Shown in pieces: positions 20,032 to 28,998 of a DNA stretch of 38,738 nucleotides (position 1 is the first letter of the stretch; each line of letters opens with the position of its first letter). Below the pieces are notes generated by a model, which was given only the letters and a program-made list of their open reading frames with translations, searched no databases and was not told the DNA's origin. The position numbers were made by a program, and so were the translations under genes. This stretch comes from a virus. The stretch is from IMG/VR virus record IMGVR_UViG_3300034069_001386, positions 1-38,738 of that record; one strand, 5' to 3'.

Positions 20032-20252
20032 AGTGGATCACGGTGCCGGAGGCGATGAACCTCGTCGGCCGCTCCCGCACCCAGATCTACGACTGGGTCG
20101 CCCGCGGCCGGCTCCGCACCGCCCGCACAGCGGACAACACGTTGGTCATCGACGCCATGCACCTCCTCGAGGTCGAGCCGACGGTGCGGCGTGGAAGGAG
20201 GCCCGGGTCAGCACGCCCGAAAGCGCGGAAGGGCGTGTCTGGCTTGAATTAA
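20028..20252 (+). CDS. Second HTH_17/excisionase-like DNA-binding protein (74 aa)
   Basis: ITVPEAMNLVGRSRTQIYDWVARGRL with a basic tail. Last gene before the packaging module. Confidence 0.6.
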   Translation: MKWITVPEAMNLVGRSRTQIYDWVARGRLRTARTADNTLVIDAMHLLEVEPTVRRGRRPGSARPKARKGVSGLN

Positions 20253-20290
20253 TTCCGGATTCTCCGGACGATTCATCTCGACGGTCGAGA
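20246..20290. promoter_or_regulatory. Cluster of short palindromes upstream of terS (GAATTAATTC; TCCGGA x2; TCTCGAC-g-GTCGAGA): cos/pac or late-promoter candidate
   Basis: Read directly. This is the only AT-rich 10-mer in the area and is followed by a C-rich tract (about 20326-20355). Confidence 0.35.
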
Positions 20291-20404
20291 AGTCCGCGCA
20301 ACCGCCACTCTGCAAGCGCACCCCGACCCACCCCCACCACTCTCCCGACGCTCGTCCCCGGCGTCCCCTGATCCGCGGCCAGGCGCCCGGGGACGGAGTC
20401 ACCA

Positions 20405-20908
20405 ATGCCCGCGCCCCGAGCGTTCAACCAGACCGCCCGCAAACGGGCACGCGAGCTGTACGACACCGGCCACGGCTGCAACGCGATCGCGAAGCAACTC
20501 GGCTACTCGCCCGCCACGATCTCGAAGTGGGCGAAGGACACCGGGATCCGGTTCGACCGGTCCCAGACCGACCTCGCGACCCGCGCACACACCATCGACC
20601 TCCGCGCCGACGCGCTCCTCCTCGCACAGAAGGCGATGGTCGCCGCCCACGACGCCGTCGACCGGCTCGACGGGCAGTACACGCTCCGCGAACTCGGCCG
20701 CGCCGAGGGCAAGGACGCCGGCGACGAGTGGCACGAGCTCACCATCGACGAAGCCCCGATCGACGTCGTCCGCAACGCGATGGTCGTCGCGGGCATCGCG
20801 ATCGACAAGGCCCTGAAGGTGTCCGCCGCACTCGATGAGGGCGAGGACCTCCCCGCGGTCGACGCGTGGCTGAACCACATGGTCGGCGACGACGAGAAGG
20901 CCGCCTGA
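20405..20908 (+). CDS. terS: Terminase small subunit (167 aa)
   Basis: N-terminal HTH RKRARELYDTGHGCNAIAKQLGYSPATISKWAKDTG. Directly upstream of terL. Confidence 0.7.
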   Translation: MPAPRAFNQTARKRARELYDTGHGCNAIAKQLGYSPATISKWAKDTGIRFDRSQTDLATRAHTIDLRADALLLAQKAMVAAHDAVDRLDGQYTLRELGRAEGKDAGDEWHELTIDEAPIDVVRNAMVVAGIAIDKALKVSAALDEGEDLPAVDAWLNHMVGDDEKAA

Positions 20909-22224
20909 TGGTCGCCGCTACCCGGGTCGGCCCGAAGTACCGGCGGGCCGTGAAGCTCTCCACCGCCCGCATCAACGCCTACGAAGGCTCCGTCCGGGCG
21001 GCGAAGACGTTCACGTCGCTGCTCGACTGGCTGCACTTCATCCGGGTCGCCCCACCCGGTGCGCTGCTGATGGTCGGTCGCACCGAACGGACCGTGTGGC
21101 GCAACCTCATCGAACCCCTCCGCGACCTCCTCGGCGCGAAGCGGGTCAAGATCAACCGGGGCGAGGGCACCGCCCGCATCTGCGGCCGCCTCGTGTACGT
21201 CGTTGGCGCGAACAACGAGCAGGCGACGACAAAGATCCAGGGCCTCACCCTGATCGGCGCGTACGTCGACGAGGCCGCGACGCTGCCCGAGTCGTTCTTC
21301 AACATGCTCTACTCGCGGCTCTCCCTCGCCGGCGCCCAACTGTGGCTGACGACGAACCCGGACGGGCCCGCGCACTGGCTGCTCGTGAAGTGGCTGTCGA
21401 ACTGGAAGCTGTGGCTCGACCGCGACGGGAACCTCCGCCAGCGTGACGTCCTCGACGAGGACGGCAACGAGACCGGCGTCATCGACCTGCACCGGTTCAC
21501 GTTCACGATCGACGACAACACCACCCTCGATCCCGACTACGTCGCGTCCCTGAAGCGGTCCTACACGGGCCTCTGGTACCGGCGGTTCATCGGCGCCGAG
21601 TGGGTCGCCGCGGACGGTGCCGTGTACGACGGGTGGGACCCCGCCAAGCACGTCATCGCCCACGCCGAGTTGCCGAAGATGCGGCAGGTCCTCGCGCTCG
21701 GCCTCGACCACGGCATGACGAACGCGACCGCCGGGATCCTCCTCGGCCTCGCTGACGACTTCGACGACTTCGGCCGCCGGGTCGGGTCGAAGCTCTACGC
21801 GATCGACGAGTTCTGGGTGCGGAAACCGAAGGACACCGCCGGCCTGACCGTCGCGGAGCAGTCCGCGGCGCTCCAGGAGTGGATGACCGTCAACCGGTAC
21901 GACCCGACCTGGCTGATCGTCGACCCGGCCGCGGCCGCGTTCAAGGTGCAGCTCGCCACCGACCGGGTCGGGCGGCTCACCGACGCGGACAACCACGTCA
22001 CCTACGGCATCTCGACCGTCGCATCCCTGCTCGGCTCCGGCCGGCTGCTGGTCTCCGACCGGTGCGCGCACCTCATCGAGGAGATCCCGTCCTACTCGTG
22101 GGACGACAAGGCCGCCGCGAAGGGGCAGGACGCCCCCGTGAAGGTCAACGACCACGCGTCCGACGCGCTCCGCTACGCGATCGCGACGACCGAGTCCGCC
22201 TGGCGGACCCTCATCGACTACTGA
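20908..22224 (+). CDS. terL: Terminase large subunit (438 aa)
   Basis: Walker-like ATPase N-terminus (YEGSVRAAKT). LIGAYVDEAA (Walker B-like). C-terminal nuclease end DHASDALRYA. Confidence 0.85.
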   Translation: MVAATRVGPKYRRAVKLSTARINAYEGSVRAAKTFTSLLDWLHFIRVAPPGALLMVGRTERTVWRNLIEPLRDLLGAKRVKINRGEGTARICGRLVYVVGANNEQATTKIQGLTLIGAYVDEAATLPESFFNMLYSRLSLAGAQLWLTTNPDGPAHWLLVKWLSNWKLWLDRDGNLRQRDVLDEDGNETGVIDLHRFTFTIDDNTTLDPDYVASLKRSYTGLWYRRFIGAEWVAADGAVYDGWDPAKHVIAHAELPKMRQVLALGLDHGMTNATAGILLGLADDFDDFGRRVGSKLYAIDEFWVRKPKDTAGLTVAEQSAALQEWMTVNRYDPTWLIVDPAAAAFKVQLATDRVGRLTDADNHVTYGISTVASLLGSGRLLVSDRCAHLIEEIPSYSWDDKAAAKGQDAPVKVNDHASDALRYAIATTESAWRTLIDY

Positions 22225-22240
22225 CCCGGAGGGCTACCGC

Positions 22241-23938
22241 ATGCCGCTGCCCTCCGACGACATCAAGTGGCCGCCGCCCGAGGTCGCGGCCGTGTACGAG
22301 CAGATCGCCGTCGACGACGCCTGGTACACCGGCTCCGTCGAGCAGCTGATCGGCTTGTACTCCGCTGCGGGGAAGCAGGGCGGGTCGTCGCTGTGGGGCC
22401 GCATGAAGCGGTGGTTCTGGGGTTCCCCCGTGCCCGGTCAGGCCGACCAGGCGCCCGTGAAGCTGCACCTGCCGGTACCGGCTGAGGTCGCGCGGATGTC
22501 GTCGTGGTCGCTGTTCGGGGAGCTGTTCACCGCCACGTTCGAGACCAGCGAGGTCGACCAGCCCGACCAGGCGGTCGAGGACGCGGCTGCGAAGCCGGCG
22601 GAGGATCCGCACCGAGTCCGCAACGCCCGCGTCGCCGAGCTCCTGAACGACGACACCCACGCCCGCCTCATCGAAGGCGGCGAGTACGCGTCCGCGCACG
22701 GTGGCGCATACATGAAGGTGTCGTGGGACACGACGGTGCAAGCCGACGGGCCGTTCCTGACCGTCGCGACCGCGGACACCGCGGTGCCGGAGTTCCGGTT
22801 CGGGCGCCTCGTCGCGGTCACGTTCTGGTCGAAGCTCGCCCCTCAGGCGGGCCTGTCGTACACGCTCCTCGAACGGCACACCGCCGGCCATGTCGAGTTC
22901 GCCCTGTACGAGTCCGCGACGAAGGACACCATCGGGACCCGCACCACCCTGACCGCGCACCCGGACGCTGCCGCCCTCGCGGACATCGTCGACAAGAACT
23001 CGTCCATCGTCACCGGGTCGACCCTGCTGACGGCGCAGTACCTGCCGAACGTGCGCCCGAACCGGTCCCTCCGCCGCGACCCGGTCGGCCGGAACCTCGG
23101 CCGCTCCGACTTCGACGGCGCCTACGACCTGTTCGACGCCGCCGACGAGACCCTCACCTCCCTGCAACGCGACGTGCGCCTCGCGAAGGCGCGCCTCGTC
23201 GTCGCGAAGGGGCTGCTGCAGATCCACGCACCCGGGCAGGGTGCGTCGTTCAACGCCGACCAGGAGCTCTTCGTCGAGGCCGGGGACACGGTCGGGTCGT
23301 TGAATCCGAACGCGACCGCCGGGGGCGCCTCATCGACGGGAATGGAGCTGTTCCAGCCCGCGATCCGCAACGTCGAGCATCAGGCGATCATCGACGCGCA
23401 CCGGTCCGCGATCTACCAGGCGTGCGGGTTCTCCCCGCAGACGTTCGGTGAAGCGTCCGAGGGCGGCGCTGCGACCGCGACGGAGATCACGTCGCGGGAG
23501 AAGCTGACCATGCTGTCCCGTGGGGCGAAGATCCTCGCCGCCCGGCCCGTCCTGCAGCTGCTCCTCGCGGCGCTGATGGACGTCGACGAGCACCACTTCG
23601 GCGGGCCCGGCCGTGACGGGCTGCTCCCGCAGATCGAGTGGCCGGACGCGGCCGCAGACGCACCCAAGGTCGTCGCGGACACCCTGCAGACGTTGAACCT
23701 GTCCGAGTCGACGTCAATCAAGACGCGGGTGAAGATCCTCCACCCCGACTGGCTCGAGTCCGAGATCGACGCCGAGGTGGAGCAGATCCGGGAGGACATC
23801 TCCGCGACCCCGTTGGGTACGGAGAAGGACCTGTGGGGCGCGTTCGGTGGCAGCACCGCACCGACCCCGGACGCGGAAGCCAAGGACGAGAAGGTGACCC
23901 CGACCGGTGGCGAAGGATCCGAGCAGCCCACGGCCTGA
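22241..23938 (+). CDS. Portal protein (565 aa)
   Basis: Size, position after terL, and GGAGGG SD. Confidence 0.8.
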   Translation: MPLPSDDIKWPPPEVAAVYEQIAVDDAWYTGSVEQLIGLYSAAGKQGGSSLWGRMKRWFWGSPVPGQADQAPVKLHLPVPAEVARMSSWSLFGELFTATFETSEVDQPDQAVEDAAAKPAEDPHRVRNARVAELLNDDTHARLIEGGEYASAHGGAYMKVSWDTTVQADGPFLTVATADTAVPEFRFGRLVAVTFWSKLAPQAGLSYTLLERHTAGHVEFALYESATKDTIGTRTTLTAHPDAAALADIVDKNSSIVTGSTLLTAQYLPNVRPNRSLRRDPVGRNLGRSDFDGAYDLFDAADETLTSLQRDVRLAKARLVVAKGLLQIHAPGQGASFNADQELFVEAGDTVGSLNPNATAGGASSTGMELFQPAIRNVEHQAIIDAHRSAIYQACGFSPQTFGEASEGGAATATEITSREKLTMLSRGAKILAARPVLQLLLAALMDVDEHHFGGPGRDGLLPQIEWPDAAADAPKVVADTLQTLNLSESTSIKTRVKILHPDWLESEIDAEVEQIREDISATPLGTEKDLWGAFGGSTAPTPDAEAKDEKVTPTGGEGSEQPTA

Positions 23939-25157
23939 CCCGGCCGAGGACCGCCTCATCGGCGTGTACCGGGCGGCGGAGTCGATCCTCCTCGCCCAAG
24001 CCGCCGTGCTCCTCCAACGGGCACTCACCGCCGGCGGGGCGACTTTCGTGCTCCCGCAGTTGCGGCGGCTCGTGCAACGCACCACCGCGGGTCTCGCCGC
24101 AGCAACCCCGGCCCTGATCTCCGCGATGATCGCCCACGAGGCCACGCAGGGCGCCCGGTTCGCGGACCGTGCGATCGCGGTCATCCCCGGCCCGCCACCT
24201 ACCGGTGGTGGTGCGGGCGGTGCGCGCACTCCCCCGCCGGGCGGGTTCACCGCCGCCGGCCGGGCCGACGGAGGGGACTTCTTCGACCTGTCGAAGGACC
24301 ACGGCACCCGGGCTGCGGAAGCGATCGGCCGAGACCTCGAGTCGGACCTGCAAGACGTCCGGCAACGCCTCACCCGCCTCCCCGACGACATCTACAAGAC
24401 CGTCGGACCGCAGGGCGGAATCGCCCAGGTCCTCGACAACAACGTGACCCCGGAGCAGGCGCAGGCGGCCGCGTGGAGGGACTTCACCCGCCGCGGGGTG
24501 ACCGGGTTCACCGACCGGTCTGGCCGCGACTGGGCGCTGTCCTCCTACGTGGAGATGGCGGTCCGCACCTCCTCCGCCCGCGCGTTCAACGCGTCGTCGA
24601 TGGCTCGGATGCAGGCGGTCGGGTTCCGGTACTTCACCGTCCCGCAGCACGTGCATCCGTGCCCGCTGTGCGGGCCGTGGGAAGGCGCGATCCTCACTCT
24701 CGGCCCGAACCCCGACCCGGCCGTGCACACCGACGGGACCGTCGAGGAAGCGACCGCGGCGGGCCTGTTCCACCCGAACTGCCGCGACACCCTCATCGCC
24801 TGGGAGCCGCGCACCCAGGCCCGCCCGGAACGGCGCGACTGGACCGGCGAGGACGAGCTCCGGTACCGGGCGACGCAGAAGCAGCGGGCTCTCGAGCGGG
24901 AGATCCGGAAAGCGAAGGCCGCGGCCGCGCACGCGCTCACCCCTGAGGCTGCCGCTGAGGGGCGGAAGGACGTGCGGCGGGCGCAAGCCGCGATCCGTGC
25001 GCACCTCGCCCAGCATCCGAGCCTCGGCCGGCAGTCGCGTCGTGAGCAGCCGAAGCTGCGGATGGACGTGCAGAACCTCACCCCGTGGACGCCACCGCCC
25101 GGGCCGCGGCCGCCGTTCTCGGACGGGTCCGCACCCGACTGGACCGGCGTCGCCTGA
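23907..25157 (+). CDS. Head morphogenesis protein (SPP1 gp7 / Mu F-like); start uncertain (GTG 23907 or 23964)
   Basis: YFTVPQHVHPCPLCGPWEGAIL ... HPNCRDTL matches the Phage_Mu_F signature region. Confidence 0.75.
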   Translation: MAKDPSSPRPDPAEDRLIGVYRAAESILLAQAAVLLQRALTAGGATFVLPQLRRLVQRTTAGLAAATPALISAMIAHEATQGARFADRAIAVIPGPPPTGGGAGGARTPPPGGFTAAGRADGGDFFDLSKDHGTRAAEAIGRDLESDLQDVRQRLTRLPDDIYKTVGPQGGIAQVLDNNVTPEQAQAAAWRDFTRRGVTGFTDRSGRDWALSSYVEMAVRTSSARAFNASSMARMQAVGFRYFTVPQHVHPCPLCGPWEGAILTLGPNPDPAVHTDGTVEEATAAGLFHPNCRDTLIAWEPRTQARPERRDWTGEDELRYRATQKQRALEREIRKAKAAAAHALTPEAAAEGRKDVRRAQAAIRAHLAQHPSLGRQSRREQPKLRMDVQNLTPWTPPPGPRPPFSDGSAPDWTGVA

Positions 25158-25181
25158 CCGTTTCGGCCGAAACGGTCAGGC
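25152..25181. terminator. 30-bp perfect palindrome GCCTGACCGTTTCGG/CCGAAACGGTCAGGC overlapping the MuF-like stop codon
   Basis: Read directly. Confidence 0.55.
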
Positions 25182-25366
25182 CGTGAGCCGGACGAGGGCA
25201 GTTCGTGGCTGCTGCACTTAGTCAGGCTTCAACCCCTGCGGGCGATATCCCCTGAGCCTCACCGTCGTCGAGGACCGAGCCCGACTCACGTGCGAGCACT
25301 CTCCCCCCGCTGACTGACAGTCCCTTCTCCCCCACGCGGCCAGGCGCCGCAGGAAGCAGCACCCTC

Positions 25367-26005
25367 ATGTCCGACGAGACCACCGCCGCCGCGCCCGTCA
25401 CCGAGGCCGCAGCACCCACCCCAGCATCGGCCGCTACCACCGAGACGGCGCCGGCGCCCGTGTCGGACCTGCCGGACTGGGCGAAGGACCCCGCGCAGGC
25501 GCTCCGCGAGGTCGAGAAGGCCCGCACCGAAGCCGCGGCCGCCCGCACCAAGGCGCGCGAGGCCGCGAAGGACGAAGCCCGCGCGACGCTCCTGAAGGAG
25601 CTCGGGCTCGTGAACGACGACGAGCCCGCCGACCCGAAGCAGGTCGCCGCGGACCTCGCCGCCGCCCGCACCCAAGCGACGGACGCCGCCCGCGAGCTCG
25701 CGATCTTCCGCAACGCGCCCACCGGCACCGACGTGAACGCGCTCCTCGACTCCCGGTCGTTCATGACGACCGTGGGCTCCATCGACCCGACCGACACCGC
25801 AGCCCTGGTGGCTGCGATCGGGCAGGCCATCACGAACACCCCTCGACTGAAGTCCGGCCAGGCGCCGGCGTCCAGCGGCACGGACATCCCCGGCGGGCAA
25901 GCGCCCGTCCGTACGTACACCCGCGCACAGCTCAGGGACCCGGCCTTCTACCAGGCCAACCAAGCCGACATCGACCTGGCCCTCGTCGAGGGCCGAATCA
26001 ACTGA
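25367..26005 (+). CDS. Scaffolding protein (212 aa)
   Basis: Ala/Glu/Lys-rich helical protein directly upstream of the capsid gene. Confidence 0.7.
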   Translation: MSDETTAAAPVTEAAAPTPASAATTETAPAPVSDLPDWAKDPAQALREVEKARTEAAAARTKAREAAKDEARATLLKELGLVNDDEPADPKQVAADLAAARTQATDAARELAIFRNAPTGTDVNALLDSRSFMTTVGSIDPTDTAALVAAIGQAITNTPRLKSGQAPASSGTDIPGGQAPVRTYTRAQLRDPAFYQANQADIDLALVEGRIN

Positions 26006-26018
26006 GAGGTGAGCCGTC

Positions 26019-26930
26019 ATGGCGAACATCACGAACACCGAGGCGGTCAAGTACGTCCCGGAGATCTGGGCCCAGAAGGGTCTCGAGGTCCTCCGGAACA
26101 ACGTCGTCCTCGCCCCCCTCGTCACGAAGGACTCCGAGCTGGAGGTCTTCAACCGAGGCCAGACGCTGCACGTGCCCTACCCGGGCACCCTGTCCGCGAA
26201 CGCGAAGGCCGCGAACACGGTCGTCACGCGGCAGAACCCGCAGTCCACCGGCATCGACGTGACCCTGAACAAGCACAAGGAAGTCACGTTCCTCGTCGAG
26301 GACTACACGCGGGCGATGGCGCAGCCGACGTACATGTCCGAGCTGATGGACGCCGCGATCGTGCCCCTGGCGGAGCAGGTCGAGTCGGACCTCTTCGCCC
26401 TGTACTCCGCGTTCTCCGGCACCGCTGGCACCGCCGGGACGGACCTGAACGCGGCGACGCTACGTGCGGTGAACAAGAAGTTCACCGACAACAAGATCCC
26501 GCGCGGCAACCGGAACCTCGTCATCTCGACGAAGGACACCGCGAGCCTGCTGGCGGACTCGTCGCTGCAGAACTTCTTCGCCTACAACGAGGGCGCCCGC
26601 AACGACATCTCCACCGGCCTCATCGCCGACAACCTGTACGGGCTGAAGATCTACGAGTCGCAGCTCGTGCCCGTCGTCGCCGGCACCCCGAACTCGACGA
26701 AGAACCTCGCGTTCGACCGCGGCGGTCTCGTCCTCGCGTCCCGGCAGCTGCCCGACGCCCCGGCCGGGACCGGGGTGTACCAGACCAGCGTGAAGGACCC
26801 CCTGTCGGGCCTGATCCTCCGCGTGACCCTGTCCTACGACCCGAACATGCTCGGCGTGCAGTGCACGACGGACATCCTCTACGGCGTCGCGCTGCTGCGT
26901 GACGCGAAGGCGTTCCCGGTGTTGAGCTGA
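26019..26930 (+). CDS. Major capsid protein (303 aa)
   Basis: Position, strong SD (GAGAGG), and an N-terminal VKYVPEIWAQK pattern common in capsid proteins. Confidence 0.8.
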   Translation: MANITNTEAVKYVPEIWAQKGLEVLRNNVVLAPLVTKDSELEVFNRGQTLHVPYPGTLSANAKAANTVVTRQNPQSTGIDVTLNKHKEVTFLVEDYTRAMAQPTYMSELMDAAIVPLAEQVESDLFALYSAFSGTAGTAGTDLNAATLRAVNKKFTDNKIPRGNRNLVISTKDTASLLADSSLQNFFAYNEGARNDISTGLIADNLYGLKIYESQLVPVVAGTPNSTKNLAFDRGGLVLASRQLPDAPAGTGVYQTSVKDPLSGLILRVTLSYDPNMLGVQCTTDILYGVALLRDAKAFPVLS

Positions 26931-26962
26931 CCTCTGTCAGTGACGTGCCTTAGCGTCGCGAA

Positions 26963-27517
26963 ATGGCGTGTAGTCGTGAGCGATGCGAGGCCCCTGGTCC
27001 TCGCGGAGGACCGTGCAACACCTGTCGGAAGAGGCGAGAGCGACAGCTCCGCAACGAAGAGATCAACGCCCGGCGGCGCGACCTGTATCGGGAGAATCCC
27101 GAACCGGTACGCGCCGCCGTGCAGGCCTGGCGATCCCAACACCTCGACCAGGAACGTGCTCGTGGCCGAGAGAGGGGCGCCCGGTACCGGGTTGCCCATC
27201 ATGAACAGTCACGCGAGGCCGTACGCAGCGCGAACGCGCGGTGGAAAGCCGAACACCCTGTCGAGTGGTCACTGCTGAATCGCGAAAGCGTGCGCCGTCG
27301 GAAGCTCGGCTTCAGTGAGCCCGTCGACTACAGCGAGGTTCTCGCTCGAGACGGCATGACCTGCCACATCTGCGGCGAACCCATCAGCGAACTCGCCGAC
27401 TGCGAGTTCGATCACGTCATCCCCGTTGTCCTCGGTGGAACGCATACCGCCGACAACATCCGTCCCTCCCATGTCGCCTGCAACCGGCGTAAGGGAGGAC
27501 GTTCCATCACCGAGTAG
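26963..27517 (+). CDS. HNH endonuclease (184 aa), free-standing, inserted in the head module
   Basis: CHICGEPI ... DHVIPVVLGGTHTADNIRPSHVACNRRKG. Arg-rich helical N-terminal repeats. Confidence 0.8.
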   Translation: MACSRERCEAPGPRGGPCNTCRKRRERQLRNEEINARRRDLYRENPEPVRAAVQAWRSQHLDQERARGRERGARYRVAHHEQSREAVRSANARWKAEHPVEWSLLNRESVRRRKLGFSEPVDYSEVLARDGMTCHICGEPISELADCEFDHVIPVVLGGTHTADNIRPSHVACNRRKGGRSITE

Positions 27518-27527
27518 GAGTTCCCCG

Positions 27528-27854
27528 ATGGCTCAGCACACGAACGACCCCAAGAACGACCTGAAGGCGACCACGCCGGAGGTCGACCCGGACATCAAGT
27601 ACGTGCGGAACCCGTCCGGCGAGGTCCACTCCGTGACGAAGGAGCACTACGACGAGGTCATCAGCCTCACCCTGCCGAACGGCCGCACCGTCCTCCAGCC
27701 CGGCTGGGAGGACGTCGACGAGGCGACCGCGAAGCAGGAGCAGCCGCAGCTGTTCGGGGCGCTCGACCCGAACGTGCGGATGAACTACCAGGAGCGGCAG
27801 GACGTGATCTCCCGGGAGAAGTTCGAGGCCGATCACCCCACCGCCGGCGCGTAG
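27528..27854 (+). CDS. Hypothetical head-module protein (108 aa)
   Basis: AGGAG SD upstream of ATG 27528. Internal start of track ORF 27426..27854. Confidence 0.6.
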   Translation: MAQHTNDPKNDLKATTPEVDPDIKYVRNPSGEVHSVTKEHYDEVISLTLPNGRTVLQPGWEDVDEATAKQEQPQLFGALDPNVRMNYQERQDVISREKFEADHPTAGA

Positions 27855-27857
27855 TCG

Positions 27858-28286
27858 ATGCCCGCCCCGATCTACGCCGACCCGACCGACTGGCTCGCGT
27901 GGTCGGGGCAGACCGACGCACCCGACGACTTCGTCCCCCTGCTGCGGACCGCGTCACGGGCCGTCCGTGAAGCGACCGCGCTGTGGGCGTACCCGGTCGA
28001 CACGACTACCAGCCTCCCCCTCGACCCGGACTTGCTCGGCGCGATGCGGGACGCGACGTGCGCGCAGATCTCCGCGCTGATCACTCTCGAGGTCGACCCG
28101 GCTGCCGGCGGTACCGCGACGGACATGGTCGAGTCGGCGGCGAAGATCGGGTCCGCGCAGATCACCTACGCGGGCGCTGAGACCGTCATGGCGGCCCGCA
28201 TGCAGACCGCGCAGGGTCTCTGCCCGGAAGCGCTTGGGATCCTGCGGGACGCCGCCCAGATGGCGGCGGTGCGGGTGTTCGGTTGA
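27858..28286 (+). CDS. Head-tail connector/adaptor protein (142 aa)
   Basis: Synteny and size. Confidence 0.6.
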   Translation: MPAPIYADPTDWLAWSGQTDAPDDFVPLLRTASRAVREATALWAYPVDTTTSLPLDPDLLGAMRDATCAQISALITLEVDPAAGGTATDMVESAAKIGSAQITYAGAETVMAARMQTAQGLCPEALGILRDAAQMAAVRVFG

Positions 28287-28612
28287 GACGCGGCACCGAC
28301 CCGCTCGCCCGGTTCCGGGTCCACACGATCCAGGTCGAGGCCCGCACCGGGCAGGACGTCAACGGGGTCGACGTGTACGCCACCCCGGTCCCCGTGGCCT
28401 GCTTCCTCGAGGAGACGAACCGGCTCGTCCGGTCCCCGAACGGCGCCGAGGTCGTGTCGACCGTGCAGGCCTACACGGCACCCGGCACCACGGTCGCACT
28501 CGACTCCCGCGTGACCCTGCCGTCCGGGCGGGCCGCGCAACTGATCTCCATCGACCGTCACGACAGTGCCGCGCTCGGCCTGCCCGACCACGTCACCCTG
28601 AACCTCGAGTAG
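28283..28612 (+). CDS. Head closure / head-tail joining protein (109 aa)
   Basis: Synteny. TTG start overlapping the upstream TGA. Confidence 0.55.
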   Translation: MRRGTDPLARFRVHTIQVEARTGQDVNGVDVYATPVPVACFLEETNRLVRSPNGAEVVSTVQAYTAPGTTVALDSRVTLPSGRAAQLISIDRHDSAALGLPDHVTLNLE

Positions 28613-28620
28613 GAGCCGCC

Positions 28621-28998
28621 GTGGCTGTCGACTGGGAGATCCGGCTACCGCTCGAGATGATCCCCACCCAGCTCGAGGCCGCTACCCCGCTCGTGCTCGC
28701 CCGCGCCGCCGAACACCTCCGCGGTGTCGCCGTGGCCCGCACCCCGAACCGGGACGCGCATCTCGCCGGTTCCGCCGGGATCACCGTCACCGGTGCCGGT
28801 GTCGACGCGGTCGCGGAGCTGAAGTTCGAGGGCCCTTACGCGGCGTTTCAGAACCGCGGCATGCGCGCTGACGGCACGCACGTCATCCACAACCGGCCCG
28901 CCGGCGGGCAGACCGGGTTCCTCACCGACACGATGCTCGACCAGGAGCAGGCGGTCCTCGACATCGTCGCCGATACGATCTGGCAGCTCATCGGATGA
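28621..28998 (+). CDS. Neck/tail-completion protein (HK97 gp10-like position, 125 aa)
   Basis: AGGAG SD and GTG at 28621. Synteny. Confidence 0.55.
   Translation: MAVDWEIRLPLEMIPTQLEAATPLVLARAAEHLRGVAVARTPNRDAHLAGSAGITVTGAGVDAVAELKFEGPYAAFQNRGMRADGTHVIHNRPAGGQTGFLTDTMLDQEQAVLDIVADTIWQLIG

Noticed and set aside
20503-22155. 550-aa minus-strand ORF antisense to the terminase genes. Similar long antisense or off-frame ORFs: 30743..32767, 33737..35509, 35956..37257, 23718..25016, 3943..4947, 13308..14204, 478..1608.
   Set aside because: They are extremely Arg/Pro/Gly/Asp-rich with low complexity. They lie opposite or out of frame to genes with recognisable phage domains. They are the expected stop-codon-poor artefacts of about 70% GC DNA.
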